64,000 nt of DNA from an uncultured Ardenticatenia bacterium (GTDB lineage Bacteria; Chloroflexota; Anaerolineae; 4572-78; NAK82). Position numbers and translations under genes: made by a program. How positions within the stretch are numbered: position 1 is the stretch's first letter; each line of letters opens with the position of its first letter. Positions 8,842-18,334 of the stretch are shown piece by piece. The stretch is from positions 17,257 to 81,256 of the forward strand of contig CAKZLO010000034.1 of NCBI GenBank assembly GCA_937127125.1. The letters are read 5' to 3'. A model generated the notes under the pieces. It worked only from the letters and a program-made list of their open reading frames with translations, ran no database searches and was not told the origin of the DNA.

Positions 8842-11800
8842 ATGAGTCAGCTTATGTCCTCTGCGCCTTGGCATGTCCCAGACACATCTCAGTTGTCCCA
8901 CCTGCAAAAGTGGTTATTAGGGCTGATCCTGTTGTGTGGTGCAGCGCTGCGTTTCTACGACTTGTCTTGGGATCACGGCACCTTGCCGCATCCGGACGAA
9001 CGGTCTACGGTTGCGTTCTATGCGCCCTCATTGCGCTGGCCAGACAACTTTGAGCAGGCCCTGGATCCTCGGCGTTCACCTCTCAATCCCTTTTGGGACG
9101 CACAAGCTGGTCATCGGCGCAGCTACACCTATGGCCACTTCCCCTTGTATACGCTTGCGCTGACGGCTGCAGCGGTGCACAGCTTAGTGCCAGTGGCTCA
9201 AACGTTTGGCTTGCCCGCTGATATTGTTGCCTTTATGGAAGAGGCACGTTCTCCGGTGGGCTTCGCCATCATTGGCCGCTTTCTGATAGCGCTGGCTGAC
9301 ATAGCAAGTGTGTATTTGCTCTTCTTGTTGGGGCGACGTCTGTATGGTGCATGGGCAGGGTTGCTGGCAGCCGCTCTCTCTGCATTCACAGTGTTGCAAA
9401 TTCAGCTGGCACATTTCTTCGCAGTGGATCCTATTTCGGCCACTTTTGTGTTCATGGCTTTATATACCTCCATCCTCTTAGCCGAACGACGCAGCACAGG
9501 CGCGGCCTTATTGACCGGCTTGGCCATTGGCCTGGCCATCGCTTGCAAGTTCAGTGCACTGCCGATCGTAGCTGCGCCCGTTGTCGCTCTCATGCTCCAC
9601 CATAATGACAGGGGGGAGGCGGAAACATCCTCCTCTCACACCTCGAAGTGGGCCCTTCTGACCCTGGTGTTTTGTGTCGCTGCCGCGATATTCACACTCA
9701 CTTCCCCATTTGTGCTGCTCGACTTTCCAAACTTCTGGCAGGCTGTGGTGCAAGAGCAGGGTGACATGGTCTCCGGAGTGGCAGACCTTCCCTTCACGCG
9801 ACAGTATCGTGGAACAGTGCCTTATCTCTATTTCTTAGAGCAGCAGGTACTGTGGGGTATGGGGCCTCCGTTGGGTGTTTTAGCCCTTTTGGGACTCTTG
9901 TGGGTGATGTGGCGCGTGGTGCGTCGCCAAGCGATCATTGGCGAATATGTTATTTTGGCTTGGCTGGTCTTGTATTTCGGTCCGACAGGGCTTTTCTTGG
10001 CCAAATTTATGCGCTATATGGCTCCGGTGACACCCTTGTTGGTGCTCTTGGGAGCGGGGATGGTGGCCCATCGGGATTTTGCAGGGCGCTCAAAGGGCGA
10101 GATGACAGAGGCGGCGGGGAAACGCTTTGCCGCTTTACGTGGTATTGCTGGCGGTCTTGCGTTGCTGGGTGCTGTGATTTGGTCCCTGGCATTTGTGAAC
10201 GGCGTCTATGGCTCGGAGCATCCGTGGGTAACCGCTTCGCGTTGGGTGTATCAGAATATCCCAGATGGAGCTTGTATTGCTGCTGAACACTGGGAAGAAG
10301 GGTTTCCCCAGTCTTTGCCAGAACCAGGTATGAACCCTGCCGCGCATGGATATCGTCAGCCTCTGCTTCCTATGTACGAGGAAGATACTCCTGAAAAGTT
10401 TCAGATTATCAAAGAGACCCTGAAGCATTGTGACTACCTGGTGCTAGCTTCGAATCGACTCTGGCGTACCATTCCACGTCTGCCTCAGCGCTATCCCATG
10501 AGTGTGCGTTACTACGAGGCGCTGTTCAGCGGAGAGCTAGGCTTTGAGCAGATCTACTCCCTGTCGGTATCGCCACGCTTGGGTCCACTGGTCATTGATG
10601 ATCAGGCGGCGGATGAGAGCTTTACAGTCTATGATCATCCGCGTCCTATTATCTTTCACAAGGCGCGCCAGCTGGACGACGCTGAGTGGGAACAGATATT
10701 GGGAGGCCTATGGATAAAAGCAGTGCCAGGTTATGTGGGCCCGCCACCAGTATTGGCTTGGCTGCGCGCTGCATTTCGAAGAGAACACAGGGCACAGTTG
10801 CCCGAAGAGAAAGACGTAGAGAGACCAAAATCGCTGCTGTTAGACACCCCAGTGGATGAACTACCCATCGTAAATGATTTCCGTTGGAATGCTCTGGCAA
10901 ACAGCTCGGCCGTTATAGCCATCGTGTGCTGGTGGTTGGTCGCACAGCTTCTGGGTTGGCTGGTTTGGCCAATGGCGCGCAGATTGCTGAGACCTCTGGC
11001 TGATCAGGGTTTCCTGCTGGCGAAGAGTCTGGGTTGGTTGCTGGTTGGCTATGGAGTATGGTTGCTTTCAAGCCTGCGCGTGTTGCCCAATACGCTATCC
11101 ACTATTGGAATATGGGGATTGGTGCTCATAGTGGTGTCGGCAGGATTGTTGTGGCGAGATCGTTGCGCAGTGCGCGAGTTCTTAGAGCGTAAATGGCGTC
11201 TTGTCTTGGTGGGGGAGAGCATCTTTACAGGGGTGTTTCTCTACTTTGTTGGGTTGAGATTGCTGAACCCTGATCTATGGCAGCCATGGAACGGTGGTGA
11301 GAAGATGCTAGAGATAGGCTTTCTCAACGCCATTGTCAAGAGCGCCTATATGCCACCGTACGATCCATATTTCGCGGGGGGATACATTAATTATTACTAC
11401 TATGGTCTGTTTCTGGTTGGCATTCTTGTCAAATTAACCGGCATCCAGCCCACCGTGGCGTTCAACTTGGCTGTGCCTTTGCTGGCGGGGCTGACGGCGG
11501 GTAATGTTTTCTGTCTTGCCTCTCATTTAACACTCTCACTCAGCCAGCATCGGATCGATTCGCGTGGCCACGGAGACGAGCACCTTTTAGGCCGCCCAGT
11601 GTTAGTCGGCTTGTTGGCAGTAGCACTGGTGATGTTCATCGGAAATCTAGCCGGTTTCCGCCAGCTGGTGCGCTATCTTGAGGAGGCTAGTGGCAGCAGT
11701 TTTACCACAGGGTTGCCATTGATAGGCGAAGCAGTGCGAGCACTGTCAGGGCTGTGGCATGTGATATTTGATGGTGTGCGACTGCCACCTTACAGTTTCT

Positions 11801-13572
11801 GGGATCCCACCCGTGTGATTCCTGACACCATTAATGAATTTCCCTATTTCAGCTTCTTGTTTGCTGATTTGCATCCCCATCTTATCGCAATGCCATTTAC
11901 AGTTCTGGCATTGTCATTGATTTATATGTTGATGGTAAACCGCTCTGCGGACGGACCCATGCCTGTATACGTGAATGGCACGGGAGGAAACATAGGGCAG
12001 AGCTTAAGTGAACGTGTCTGTCGCGTTGGTGTAAGCATGTTCCGTGCTTTGTTGGGCGGCAAAATGGTGAACTGGTTGGCGCTTGCGTTCTGCTTGGGAG
12101 CGCTGGCGGCAATTAACACCTGGGACCTACCAACCTATACAGGTCTGGCAACCCTTGCCTTCTGGCTGGCGCTTTATCGTTCTGATCGCAGAAGGAAAGC
12201 TTCCAGCGAGCAGAATATCGCAATAGCATGGCCCGCCCGGCCAATACAGCGGGTGATACAAGCGATCGGTTTTGGCATCGCCACGCTGGCAACGGGTTAT
12301 CTGTTGTATTTGCCGTTTTTCGCTTTCTACCAGCCGCTTGATGTCGGGCTGGGTCTGGTGAGGGATAAGACCAGACTGGAACAGTTCCTATGGATTTGGG
12401 GGTTGTTCCTATTTGTGGGGTTCAGCTACTTGGTTGTTGCTGCGATACATCCACACTCGCGTCTGTGGGCAGCGCGCTGGCTCAGCTTGTGGTTGCGAAA
12501 TTGGAAAGTTGTACACCGTTTGCCGCAGCTGATGAGCCAATTGAATGTGGCGTCGACGTCAGACAAGAAGGTTTTCAGCTGGATAGCGGTGGCTGTATTA
12601 GTCGTGACGGTCTCATTGTGGATAGCGGGTTATCACGTTATTGCGTTGTTATTACCTGCTGTGTTTCTGGCGCTGGTATTGTTGTTACGACCAGAACTGT
12701 CGGATGGCCAAAGCTTCGCGGGTTTGTTGCTCTTCGCCACTCTGCTGATCCTTGTAGGGGTAGAGGTATTGTACCTGCGAGACTTCTTGGGTGGAAGCAG
12801 CTATTATCGTATGAACACCCTATTCAAGTTTTATATCCAGGCTTGGGTATTAGCGGGAGTGGCAACAGGTACACTACTGTTGGAACTATGGGAGCGCGTT
12901 AAGAGTTGGCCACGTGCTCACTGGACCTCAGCCTGGAAAGTGCTGTTAGCTGGTTTGCTAGTTGCTGCACTCGTGTATCCATTGTTTGGTACACGTACGC
13001 GTGTCCTTGACCGTTTTGATGATCCACCGCCAGTGGACACTCTCGACGGTATGGCTTATATGACCACCGGCAAATTGCACTGGCCGCAAGGCAACGTAAT
13101 TGATCTGAAATATGATTACGAAGCGATTCGATGGCTGCAGGAGCACGTTGTAGGCACTCCGGTAATCGCCGAGGCGAAGATCGGCTATTATCGGGAAGGG
13201 GGCATGCGCGTGTCCAGTTACACAGGCCTGCCTATGCCGTTGGGGGGATTGCATCAGAATGAGCAGCGCTGGCCAGAGCAAATTGGAGAGCGTGATGGGC
13301 TGTATATGGAGTTCTGGAACACAGCGGATCCTGAGAGAGCGTGGCAGCTGATTCAACAATTGCGCATCTCTTATATCTACATTGGTCAGCTGGAGCGAAC
13401 GCTGTATGATCCAGAGATCGCGCGCTTGGTGCAAGGCTGGGGGGTAAGCTTCCTGGATCCAGCCGGCTACGACAAATTTGACATACTGCGCGCGCAAGGG
13501 CGGCTAGAGCTCGTTTATGAAAATGCACGCACGCGCATTTATCGAGTGATCAGAGAGGTAAGTAAAACGTGA
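8842..13572 (+). CDS. Giant polytopic membrane protein: N-terminal GT-C/PMT_2-like module fused to a Chlor_Arch_YYY (DUF2298/TIGR03662-like) module
   Basis: ~1576 aa. The N-terminal module has LRFYDLSWDHGTLPHPDER, an acidic first-loop motif of GT-C type. From about nt 10900 onward there is a second module with NYYYYG (11392-11406), EFPYFSFLFADLHPH, NTWDLP and YLRDF..RMNTLFKFYIQAW, paralogous to the next gene. Confidence 0.75.
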   Translation: MSQLMSSAPWHVPDTSQLSHLQKWLLGLILLCGAALRFYDLSWDHGTLPHPDERSTVAFYAPSLRWPDNFEQALDPRRSPLNPFWDAQAGHRRSYTYGHFPLYTLALTAAAVHSLVPVAQTFGLPADIVAFMEEARSPVGFAIIGRFLIALADIASVYLLFLLGRRLYGAWAGLLAAALSAFTVLQIQLAHFFAVDPISATFVFMALYTSILLAERRSTGAALLTGLAIGLAIACKFSALPIVAAPVVALMLHHNDRGEAETSSSHTSKWALLTLVFCVAAAIFTLTSPFVLLDFPNFWQAVVQEQGDMVSGVADLPFTRQYRGTVPYLYFLEQQVLWGMGPPLGVLALLGLLWVMWRVVRRQAIIGEYVILAWLVLYFGPTGLFLAKFMRYMAPVTPLLVLLGAGMVAHRDFAGRSKGEMTEAAGKRFAALRGIAGGLALLGAVIWSLAFVNGVYGSEHPWVTASRWVYQNIPDGACIAAEHWEEGFPQSLPEPGMNPAAHGYRQPLLPMYEEDTPEKFQIIKETLKHCDYLVLASNRLWRTIPRLPQRYPMSVRYYEALFSGELGFEQIYSLSVSPRLGPLVIDDQAADESFTVYDHPRPIIFHKARQLDDAEWEQILGGLWIKAVPGYVGPPPVLAWLRAAFRREHRAQLPEEKDVERPKSLLLDTPVDELPIVNDFRWNALANSSAVIAIVCWWLVAQLLGWLVWPMARRLLRPLADQGFLLAKSLGWLLVGYGVWLLSSLRVLPNTLSTIGIWGLVLIVVSAGLLWRDRCAVREFLERKWRLVLVGESIFTGVFLYFVGLRLLNPDLWQPWNGGEKMLEIGFLNAIVKSAYMPPYDPYFAGGYINYYYYGLFLVGILVKLTGIQPTVAFNLAVPLLAGLTAGNVFCLASHLTLSLSQHRIDSRGHGDEHLLGRPVLVGLLAVALVMFIGNLAGFRQLVRYLEEASGSSFTTGLPLIGEAVRALSGLWHVIFDGVRLPPYSFWDPTRVIPDTINEFPYFSFLFADLHPHLIAMPFTVLALSLIYMLMVNRSADGPMPVYVNGTGGNIGQSLSERVCRVGVSMFRALLGGKMVNWLALAFCLGALAAINTWDLPTYTGLATLAFWLALYRSDRRRKASSEQNIAIAWPARPIQRVIQAIGFGIATLATGYLLYLPFFAFYQPLDVGLGLVRDKTRLEQFLWIWGLFLFVGFSYLVVAAIHPHSRLWAARWLSLWLRNWKVVHRLPQLMSQLNVASTSDKKVFSWIAVAVLVVTVSLWIAGYHVIALLLPAVFLALVLLLRPELSDGQSFAGLLLFATLLILVGVEVLYLRDFLGGSSYYRMNTLFKFYIQAWVLAGVATGTLLLELWERVKSWPRAHWTSAWKVLLAGLLVAALVYPLFGTRTRVLDRFDDPPPVDTLDGMAYMTTGKLHWPQGNVIDLKYDYEAIRWLQEHVVGTPVIAEAKIGYYREGGMRVSSYTGLPMPLGGLHQNEQRWPEQIGERDGLYMEFWNTADPERAWQLIQQLRISYIYIGQLERTLYDPEIARLVQGWGVSFLDPAGYDKFDILRAQGRLELVYENARTRIYRVIREVSKT

Positions 13573-16241
13573 TTGTTGCGACGGCAGCGTTGTGGTGGGG
13601 GTTATTGCAGCTGGTCGGCATAGCAGCTCTTCCACTGGCTTTCCGTTTATTTACCCGTCTGCCAGATCGCGGATACACCCTGGCGCGGCCCTTGGGACTC
13701 TTGCTGACCGGCTACGTGCTGTGGTTGGGTAGCAGTCTGGGTTTCTTAAAGAACACTGTTAGTGCGACAGTGTTGGCTATCGTTCTGATCGGCGCCGTTG
13801 GCATGTGGCTTTACGTGAAGCGTCTCAGGCAGGGTGACAATGTTCCGCTGAGCGTATGGATACGTGACCACGCAATGTATATAGCGTGCGTAGAGATACT
13901 GTTTGGTCTGGTTCTGCTCGGGTGGACGATCTTCAAAGCGTACAATCCGAACATTGAAACGACAGGCGGCGAGAAGTGGATGGAGATCGCTTTCATCAAC
14001 GCCACGCTGCGTAGTGAGCGTTTCCCGCCGCAAGATCCATGGCTGTCTGGCTATGGCATCAGCTATTATTACTTTGGTTATGTATTGATGGCGATGTTAA
14101 CACGCCTGTCTGGTTTGCCTTCGACTGTGGCGTACAACTTGTTTGTGCCCACTTTGTTTGCTCTGACGGTTAGTGGTGCTTTTGGCTTGGTATACAATCT
14201 CGTAACTGCTCGACGGCAGGAGGATGGATACAATCCGCTAAGTCGGGCTATCCGGTGGGTAGGAATATTTTACGGTTTGGTGGGTGCTATTTTCGTAGGG
14301 GTGATTGGCAATCTGGAAGGTCTGTTGGAGGTGGTGCACAGTCGGGGGTTGCTACCCGCCGGTTTCTGGCAGTGGCTTGACATAAAGGACATCAATATGC
14401 CGCCATCAACGGTAGGCAGCTGGATTCCCACTCGATTTATGTGGTGGTGGAGGGCATCACGTGTGATCCACGACTGCTCATTGCAGGGGTTGGCAACAGG
14501 TAACTGTAATCCGCCGGGTGGGGACTGGGAGGTGATTGACGAGTTCCCCTTTTTCAGCTTCTTGCTGGGCGATGTCCATCCACATGTGTTGGCGCTGCCG
14601 TTTGCATTGTTGAGCCTGGGGTTGATCCTGAACGTTTTCATCATGGCGGTGTGTGCTCGGGAAGATGGTGCATGGAGGACCTCTGTTACGTCTGGTTCGG
14701 GGGACAAGGTGTCAGCTGGGGTGCAAGATTCAGAAGGGCTTGCAAGAGCGCTCATCCCGCATCTATCGCATTTGATAAGAGGGACCTTCGGCGGTTGGTC
14801 GGAGTTTATTCTGATTGCTATCTGCCTGGGGGGACTCGGTTTTCTCAATACTTGGGACTTCCCTATTTACCTGGCCATTATGACCGTGGCGATTGCGGCG
14901 GGGCGTGCCCAACACAGTGGGGTGAATTGGGCAGGCGAAGCTATCGGAATGGGGGCTGGGTTGGGATTGTTAGGTGCCGGCCTCTATGCACCTTTCTATA
15001 TCGGGTTTCAGTCTCAGGCAGGTGGGTTGTTACCAAATCTGTTCAATCCCACAAAGGTGCAGCAGTTTCTTGTCTTTTGGGGACCTCTTCTGTTTGCTGT
15101 TGTCAGCTATCTGGTTGTGGTTTCCAGTCGACTGGGATGGCATTTTCATTGGGCGCGCCTGTCGACGTTGTTGCCAGTTGTCCTCGTGGTGCCCCTGATA
15201 GCTATGTTAACTCTCGTTGTAGTCGCTGCTGTATCACCAGCCTTGCGCCCTTATGTGGATGGAATTCTACACGATCCCCATATGCAATCTTTAATTGGCC
15301 AGCCCTCTGTTTGGTCGGTGGTGCTCCTGGCGTTACGCCTTCACCTGGGCAACCCGCTTACATGGCTGATGCTGAGCGGTCTGTTGGTTTGGATATTACT
15401 GCTTTGGCCTCCGCGTTTTGGCCTTCCAGATTATGGACAAAGGAAGAGCAGCTCGCTCAGTCCTCCGGATCGTTTTGCGTTGATCTTAATTGGTGCAGGA
15501 GTACTGTTGCCACTAATTGTCGAATTTGTGTATTTGCGGGACAACTTTGGTATCCGCATGAACACTGTGTTCAAGTTTTACTACCAGGCGTGGGTCTTGC
15601 TAGCCGTCTCGGGTGCTTACGGATTGTGGGCTGCCGATGTGCATTTCACCTGGAAAAGTAGCTCAAGTGCAAACGGGTCGCGTAGGATATTGAGTCGGCA
15701 GGCCTTGCATGGGTTATGGCGATTGGTAGCTATAAGCTTGGTGTTGGCTGGACTGGTCTATCCTGTTTTAGCTGTTCCCAGCAAACTGTCAGGCTACGAG
15801 GGCGACCCGCGTCTAGACGGTATGGAATGGCTGAGCCAAATGCATCCGGGCGATTATGCTGCCATTAGATGGCTGCAGACTAATGTGCATGGCGAAGCCG
15901 TGATCCTGGAGGCGCCGGGGGACCGTTACGCGGCCTATGACTATGTTGGGCGTGTATCTGCATTAACCGGACTGGCGACGTTGCTCGGTTGGGGCAATCA
16001 CGAACACCAGTGGCGTGGAAGTTATGAAGTGCCTGCCCGCCGAGAGCCAGATATCGAGGTGCTCTTCAATGGGCTAGATCTATCGCGTACTGCGGCATTG
16101 CTGGATCAGTATGATATTACTTATGTCTATGTGGGAGAGCTGGAACGGAGACGTTATCATGCCAGTGGACTAGCTAAGTTTGAGCAGCTGATGGATGTCG
16201 TCTATAAGCAAGATGACATTGTTATTTATCAGCGCCGCTGA
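13569..16241 (+). CDS. Chlor_Arch_YYY (DUF2298/TIGR03662-like) polytopic membrane protein
   Basis: 890 aa. The GTG start overlaps the upstream stop (GTGA). Motifs are SYYYFG (14064-14078), EFPFFSFLLGDVHPH, NTWDFP and YLRDNFGIRMNTVFKFYYQAW, with a C-terminal soluble domain (AAIRWLQ...VYVGELERRRY). Confidence 0.75.
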   Translation: MIVATAALWWGLLQLVGIAALPLAFRLFTRLPDRGYTLARPLGLLLTGYVLWLGSSLGFLKNTVSATVLAIVLIGAVGMWLYVKRLRQGDNVPLSVWIRDHAMYIACVEILFGLVLLGWTIFKAYNPNIETTGGEKWMEIAFINATLRSERFPPQDPWLSGYGISYYYFGYVLMAMLTRLSGLPSTVAYNLFVPTLFALTVSGAFGLVYNLVTARRQEDGYNPLSRAIRWVGIFYGLVGAIFVGVIGNLEGLLEVVHSRGLLPAGFWQWLDIKDINMPPSTVGSWIPTRFMWWWRASRVIHDCSLQGLATGNCNPPGGDWEVIDEFPFFSFLLGDVHPHVLALPFALLSLGLILNVFIMAVCAREDGAWRTSVTSGSGDKVSAGVQDSEGLARALIPHLSHLIRGTFGGWSEFILIAICLGGLGFLNTWDFPIYLAIMTVAIAAGRAQHSGVNWAGEAIGMGAGLGLLGAGLYAPFYIGFQSQAGGLLPNLFNPTKVQQFLVFWGPLLFAVVSYLVVVSSRLGWHFHWARLSTLLPVVLVVPLIAMLTLVVVAAVSPALRPYVDGILHDPHMQSLIGQPSVWSVVLLALRLHLGNPLTWLMLSGLLVWILLLWPPRFGLPDYGQRKSSSLSPPDRFALILIGAGVLLPLIVEFVYLRDNFGIRMNTVFKFYYQAWVLLAVSGAYGLWAADVHFTWKSSSSANGSRRILSRQALHGLWRLVAISLVLAGLVYPVLAVPSKLSGYEGDPRLDGMEWLSQMHPGDYAAIRWLQTNVHGEAVILEAPGDRYAAYDYVGRVSALTGLATLLGWGNHEHQWRGSYEVPARREPDIEVLFNGLDLSRTAALLDQYDITYVYVGELERRRYHASGLAKFEQLMDVVYKQDDIVIYQRR

Positions 16242-16368
16242 AGAGGCGCTATAATGTCTTGACTGCAGGCAGCGGCTCTCTCGCGGGCGTGGCAGGAATG
16301 CGTGAATGCTTTCACAAGGATGCAGTAATTTTTGACAAACCAGGTCAAGCCTGCTAATCTAAGTAAAG

Positions 16369-16442
16369 TCGGGGTGGTCGGACTTGAACCGACGACCTCT
16401 GCGTCCCAAACGCAGCGCGCTCGCCGACTGCGCCACACCCCG
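16369..16442 (-). tRNA. tRNA-Pro (anticodon UGG)
   Basis: The reverse complement reads CGGGGTGTGGCGCAGTCGGCGAGCGCGCTGCGTTTGGGACGCAGAGGTCGTCGGTTCAAGTCCGACCACCCCGA. It has a 7-bp acceptor stem, an anticodon stem CTGCG/CGCAG with loop TTTGGGA, and a GGTTCAAGTCC T-arm. No CCA is encoded. Confidence 0.9.
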
Positions 16443-16457
16443 CTATATGGTGAGGAT

Positions 16458-16486
16458 AGTATAATCTAACCTGGAGATTTGATCAA
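16458..16486 (-). promoter_or_regulatory. Putative tRNA-Pro promoter (TTGATC-17-TATACT on minus strand)
   Basis: Minus-strand TTGATC (16481-16486), a 17-nt spacer, and TATACT (16458-16463), with 15 nt between TATACT and the mature tRNA 5' end. Confidence 0.45.
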
Positions 16487-16759
16487 ATCGCCGGCTATGT
16501 CCGGGACGTAAGTGGAAACAAGAGTTCAATCTGATTGTAGGCTGGATGTTGTTGTCACTTTGAGACTGGTTGCCGGGCGTGCCGTCTCCCCTTTTTCAGG
16601 CATAGGGTTAGGGGGCTGAGCACGTCCGAGAGAGGGTCGTATGGATGGAATGATGTTGGTGTATGGAGTTTGTGAAGTGTATCACTTTTCCTCAGATCGT
16701 GGCATCGTAATGCTCACCCTGCGGAGTATCTCTCATAGAATTCTTGCCTTATTCTGTGC

Positions 16760-16769
16760 GTGATATCAC
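16760..16769. promoter_or_regulatory. Perfect 10-bp palindrome GTGATATCAC just upstream of the hdrC RBS (candidate operator)
   Basis: GTGATATCAC lies 23 nt before ATG 16792. A related GTGTATCACTT occurs about 84 nt upstream (16677-16687). Confidence 0.25.
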
Positions 16770-16791
16770 TTACCCAAGGAGGTATCTACCC

Positions 16792-17373
16792 ATGACAGCA
16801 ACTGCTATCGCTGCGCGAGCGCCCACGTTTCTTGAAGAGGTGATCGCGCGCACTCCTGGTGAGTCCCACCTGGAACGGTGTATCCAGTGTGGTACTTGTG
16901 GTGGTTCTTGTCCTTCCGGGGCAGATATGGAACACACCCCGCGTGGACTGTTCGCTCTGATCAATGCCGGCTTGAGGGAACTGGTCCTGCGTAGCAATGC
17001 CCCGTGGTATTGCGTGTCGTGCTATTACTGTACGGTGCGATGTCCCCAGCAGATCCATATCACCGACGTAATGTATACACTGAAACGCATGGCAATTGAT
17101 GAAGGCTACTACACGGAGTCGACAGCGCGTGATGCACCAGAGTTTTCCAAGACCTTCATCGATTTTGTGGAAAGCAATGGTCGCAGTTTTGAGCTCGGCT
17201 TGGCCACTGCTTACCACTTGCGCCATCGCCCGCTCAATGCTGTTGGTATGGTGCCAATGGCGGTGGGGATGCTTCGTCGTGGACGTATGGACCTCGTACC
17301 GACGAGGATCAAAGGCATCAAACAGCTCCAAGCGATTCTTAAGAGGGCCAAGGAATTGGGAGGTGCAAAATGA
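16792..17373 (+). CDS. hdrC: Heterodisulfide reductase subunit C-like (2x[4Fe-4S])
   Basis: Two ferredoxin motifs, CIQCGTCGGSCP and CVSCYYCTVRCP. ATG 16792 lies 9 nt after AAGGAGG. The track's earlier start at 16744 lacks an RBS. Confidence 0.8.
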   Translation: MTATAIAARAPTFLEEVIARTPGESHLERCIQCGTCGGSCPSGADMEHTPRGLFALINAGLRELVLRSNAPWYCVSCYYCTVRCPQQIHITDVMYTLKRMAIDEGYYTESTARDAPEFSKTFIDFVESNGRSFELGLATAYHLRHRPLNAVGMVPMAVGMLRRGRMDLVPTRIKGIKQLQAILKRAKELGGAK

Positions 17374-18332
17374 GGTACGGGTATTATCCCGGCTGTTCCC
17401 TCGAGCGCAGTGCGGCCGCTTATCACCAGTCGGCAATGGCTGTAGTGCAAACGTTGGGGATTGATCTGGTCGAGATTGACGATTGGAACTGTTGCGGGGC
17501 GACCGAGTACTTCTCAATCAACTTACTGCCTGCTTACGCCCTTGTGGCGCGCAACTTAGCGTTGGCGCAGGATCAGGGAATCAGCAATCAACTGGTGGCT
17601 CCATGTAGTGCCTGCTTCCTGAACCTTACCAAGACCGATCGGTATATGATGGAGTCTTCTAAACTGGCTGCTGACGTCAATGAGGCGCTGGCAGCTGGTG
17701 GGTTGCATTACACCCCTGGCACCGTACGGGTACGTCATCTGCTAGAGGTGATTGTGAATGACGTAGGCTACGATGCAGTAGCTGCACGGGTGAGCAAGCC
17801 GCTAACCGGATTGCGCGTAGCAGCTTACTATGGCTGCCTCATTGTGAGGCCAGGGTATGGAGGGATATTCGATGACCCGGAGCATCCTACTGCCTTGGAC
17901 AAGCTAATGCGTGTATTAGGTGCAGAGGTGGTGGATTTCCCGTTGCGAGCGCAGTGCTGTGGTGGTCATATGACACAGATCAGCCAGGAGGTGGCATTCG
18001 AGATGATCCGCCGTCTCCTGAAGAATGCCGCCGACTACGAGGCAGACGTGATCGTGACAGTGTGTCCTATGTGCCAGCTCAACTTGGATGCCTATCAACC
18101 CAACGTGAACCAGTTTTTCGGGACTGATTACACGATACCTGTGCTGTACTTTACCCAACTGATGGGGCTGGCCTTTGGTGCTTCCCCGATCGAATTAGGC
18201 ATCGGCAAGGAGTTTGTGGATGCTCGGCCTGCTCTGGATAAGATTGGGGTAGCGCTGCCGTTGACCGAAGCGCCACGTAGGCCGGAGAGACCAAAGGAGG
18301 CTCTTCCGATGCCGCGTATGGAGGAGGAATAA
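17370..18332 (+). CDS. hdrB: Heterodisulfide reductase subunit B-like (two CCG domains)
   Basis: 320 aa with YYPGCSL, WNCCGA and AQCCGGH cysteine-rich CCG motifs. ATGA overlap with hdrC. Confidence 0.85.
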   Translation: MRYGYYPGCSLERSAAAYHQSAMAVVQTLGIDLVEIDDWNCCGATEYFSINLLPAYALVARNLALAQDQGISNQLVAPCSACFLNLTKTDRYMMESSKLAADVNEALAAGGLHYTPGTVRVRHLLEVIVNDVGYDAVAARVSKPLTGLRVAAYYGCLIVRPGYGGIFDDPEHPTALDKLMRVLGAEVVDFPLRAQCCGGHMTQISQEVAFEMIRRLLKNAADYEADVIVTVCPMCQLNLDAYQPNVNQFFGTDYTIPVLYFTQLMGLAFGASPIELGIGKEFVDARPALDKIGVALPLTEAPRRPERPKEALPMPRMEEE

Positions 18333-18334
18333 AC

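Noticed and set aside
14651-15661. A 336-aa plus-strand alternative-frame ORF and a 192-aa minus-strand ORF (14270-14848), both inside the 890-aa YYY gene.
   Set aside because: They overlap a frame that shows clear paralogy to the neighbouring gene. The alternative translations are Cys/Arg/Gly-rich with no TM or domain logic.
16229-16438. A 69-aa minus-strand ORF.
   Set aside because: It is read straight through the tRNA-Pro gene. The tRNA cloverleaf explains the sequence.
16786-17517. A 243-aa minus-strand ORF antisense to hdrC/hdrB. Similar cases are 18128-18835 (235 aa) antisense to hdrB/hdrA and 22093-22644 (183 aa) antisense to mvhA.
   Set aside because: These are shadow ORFs opposite genes with unambiguous motif content. 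Their translations are low-complexity (Arg/Ser/His/Pro-rich) with no recognisable motifs, which is typical of GC-rich antisense frames.
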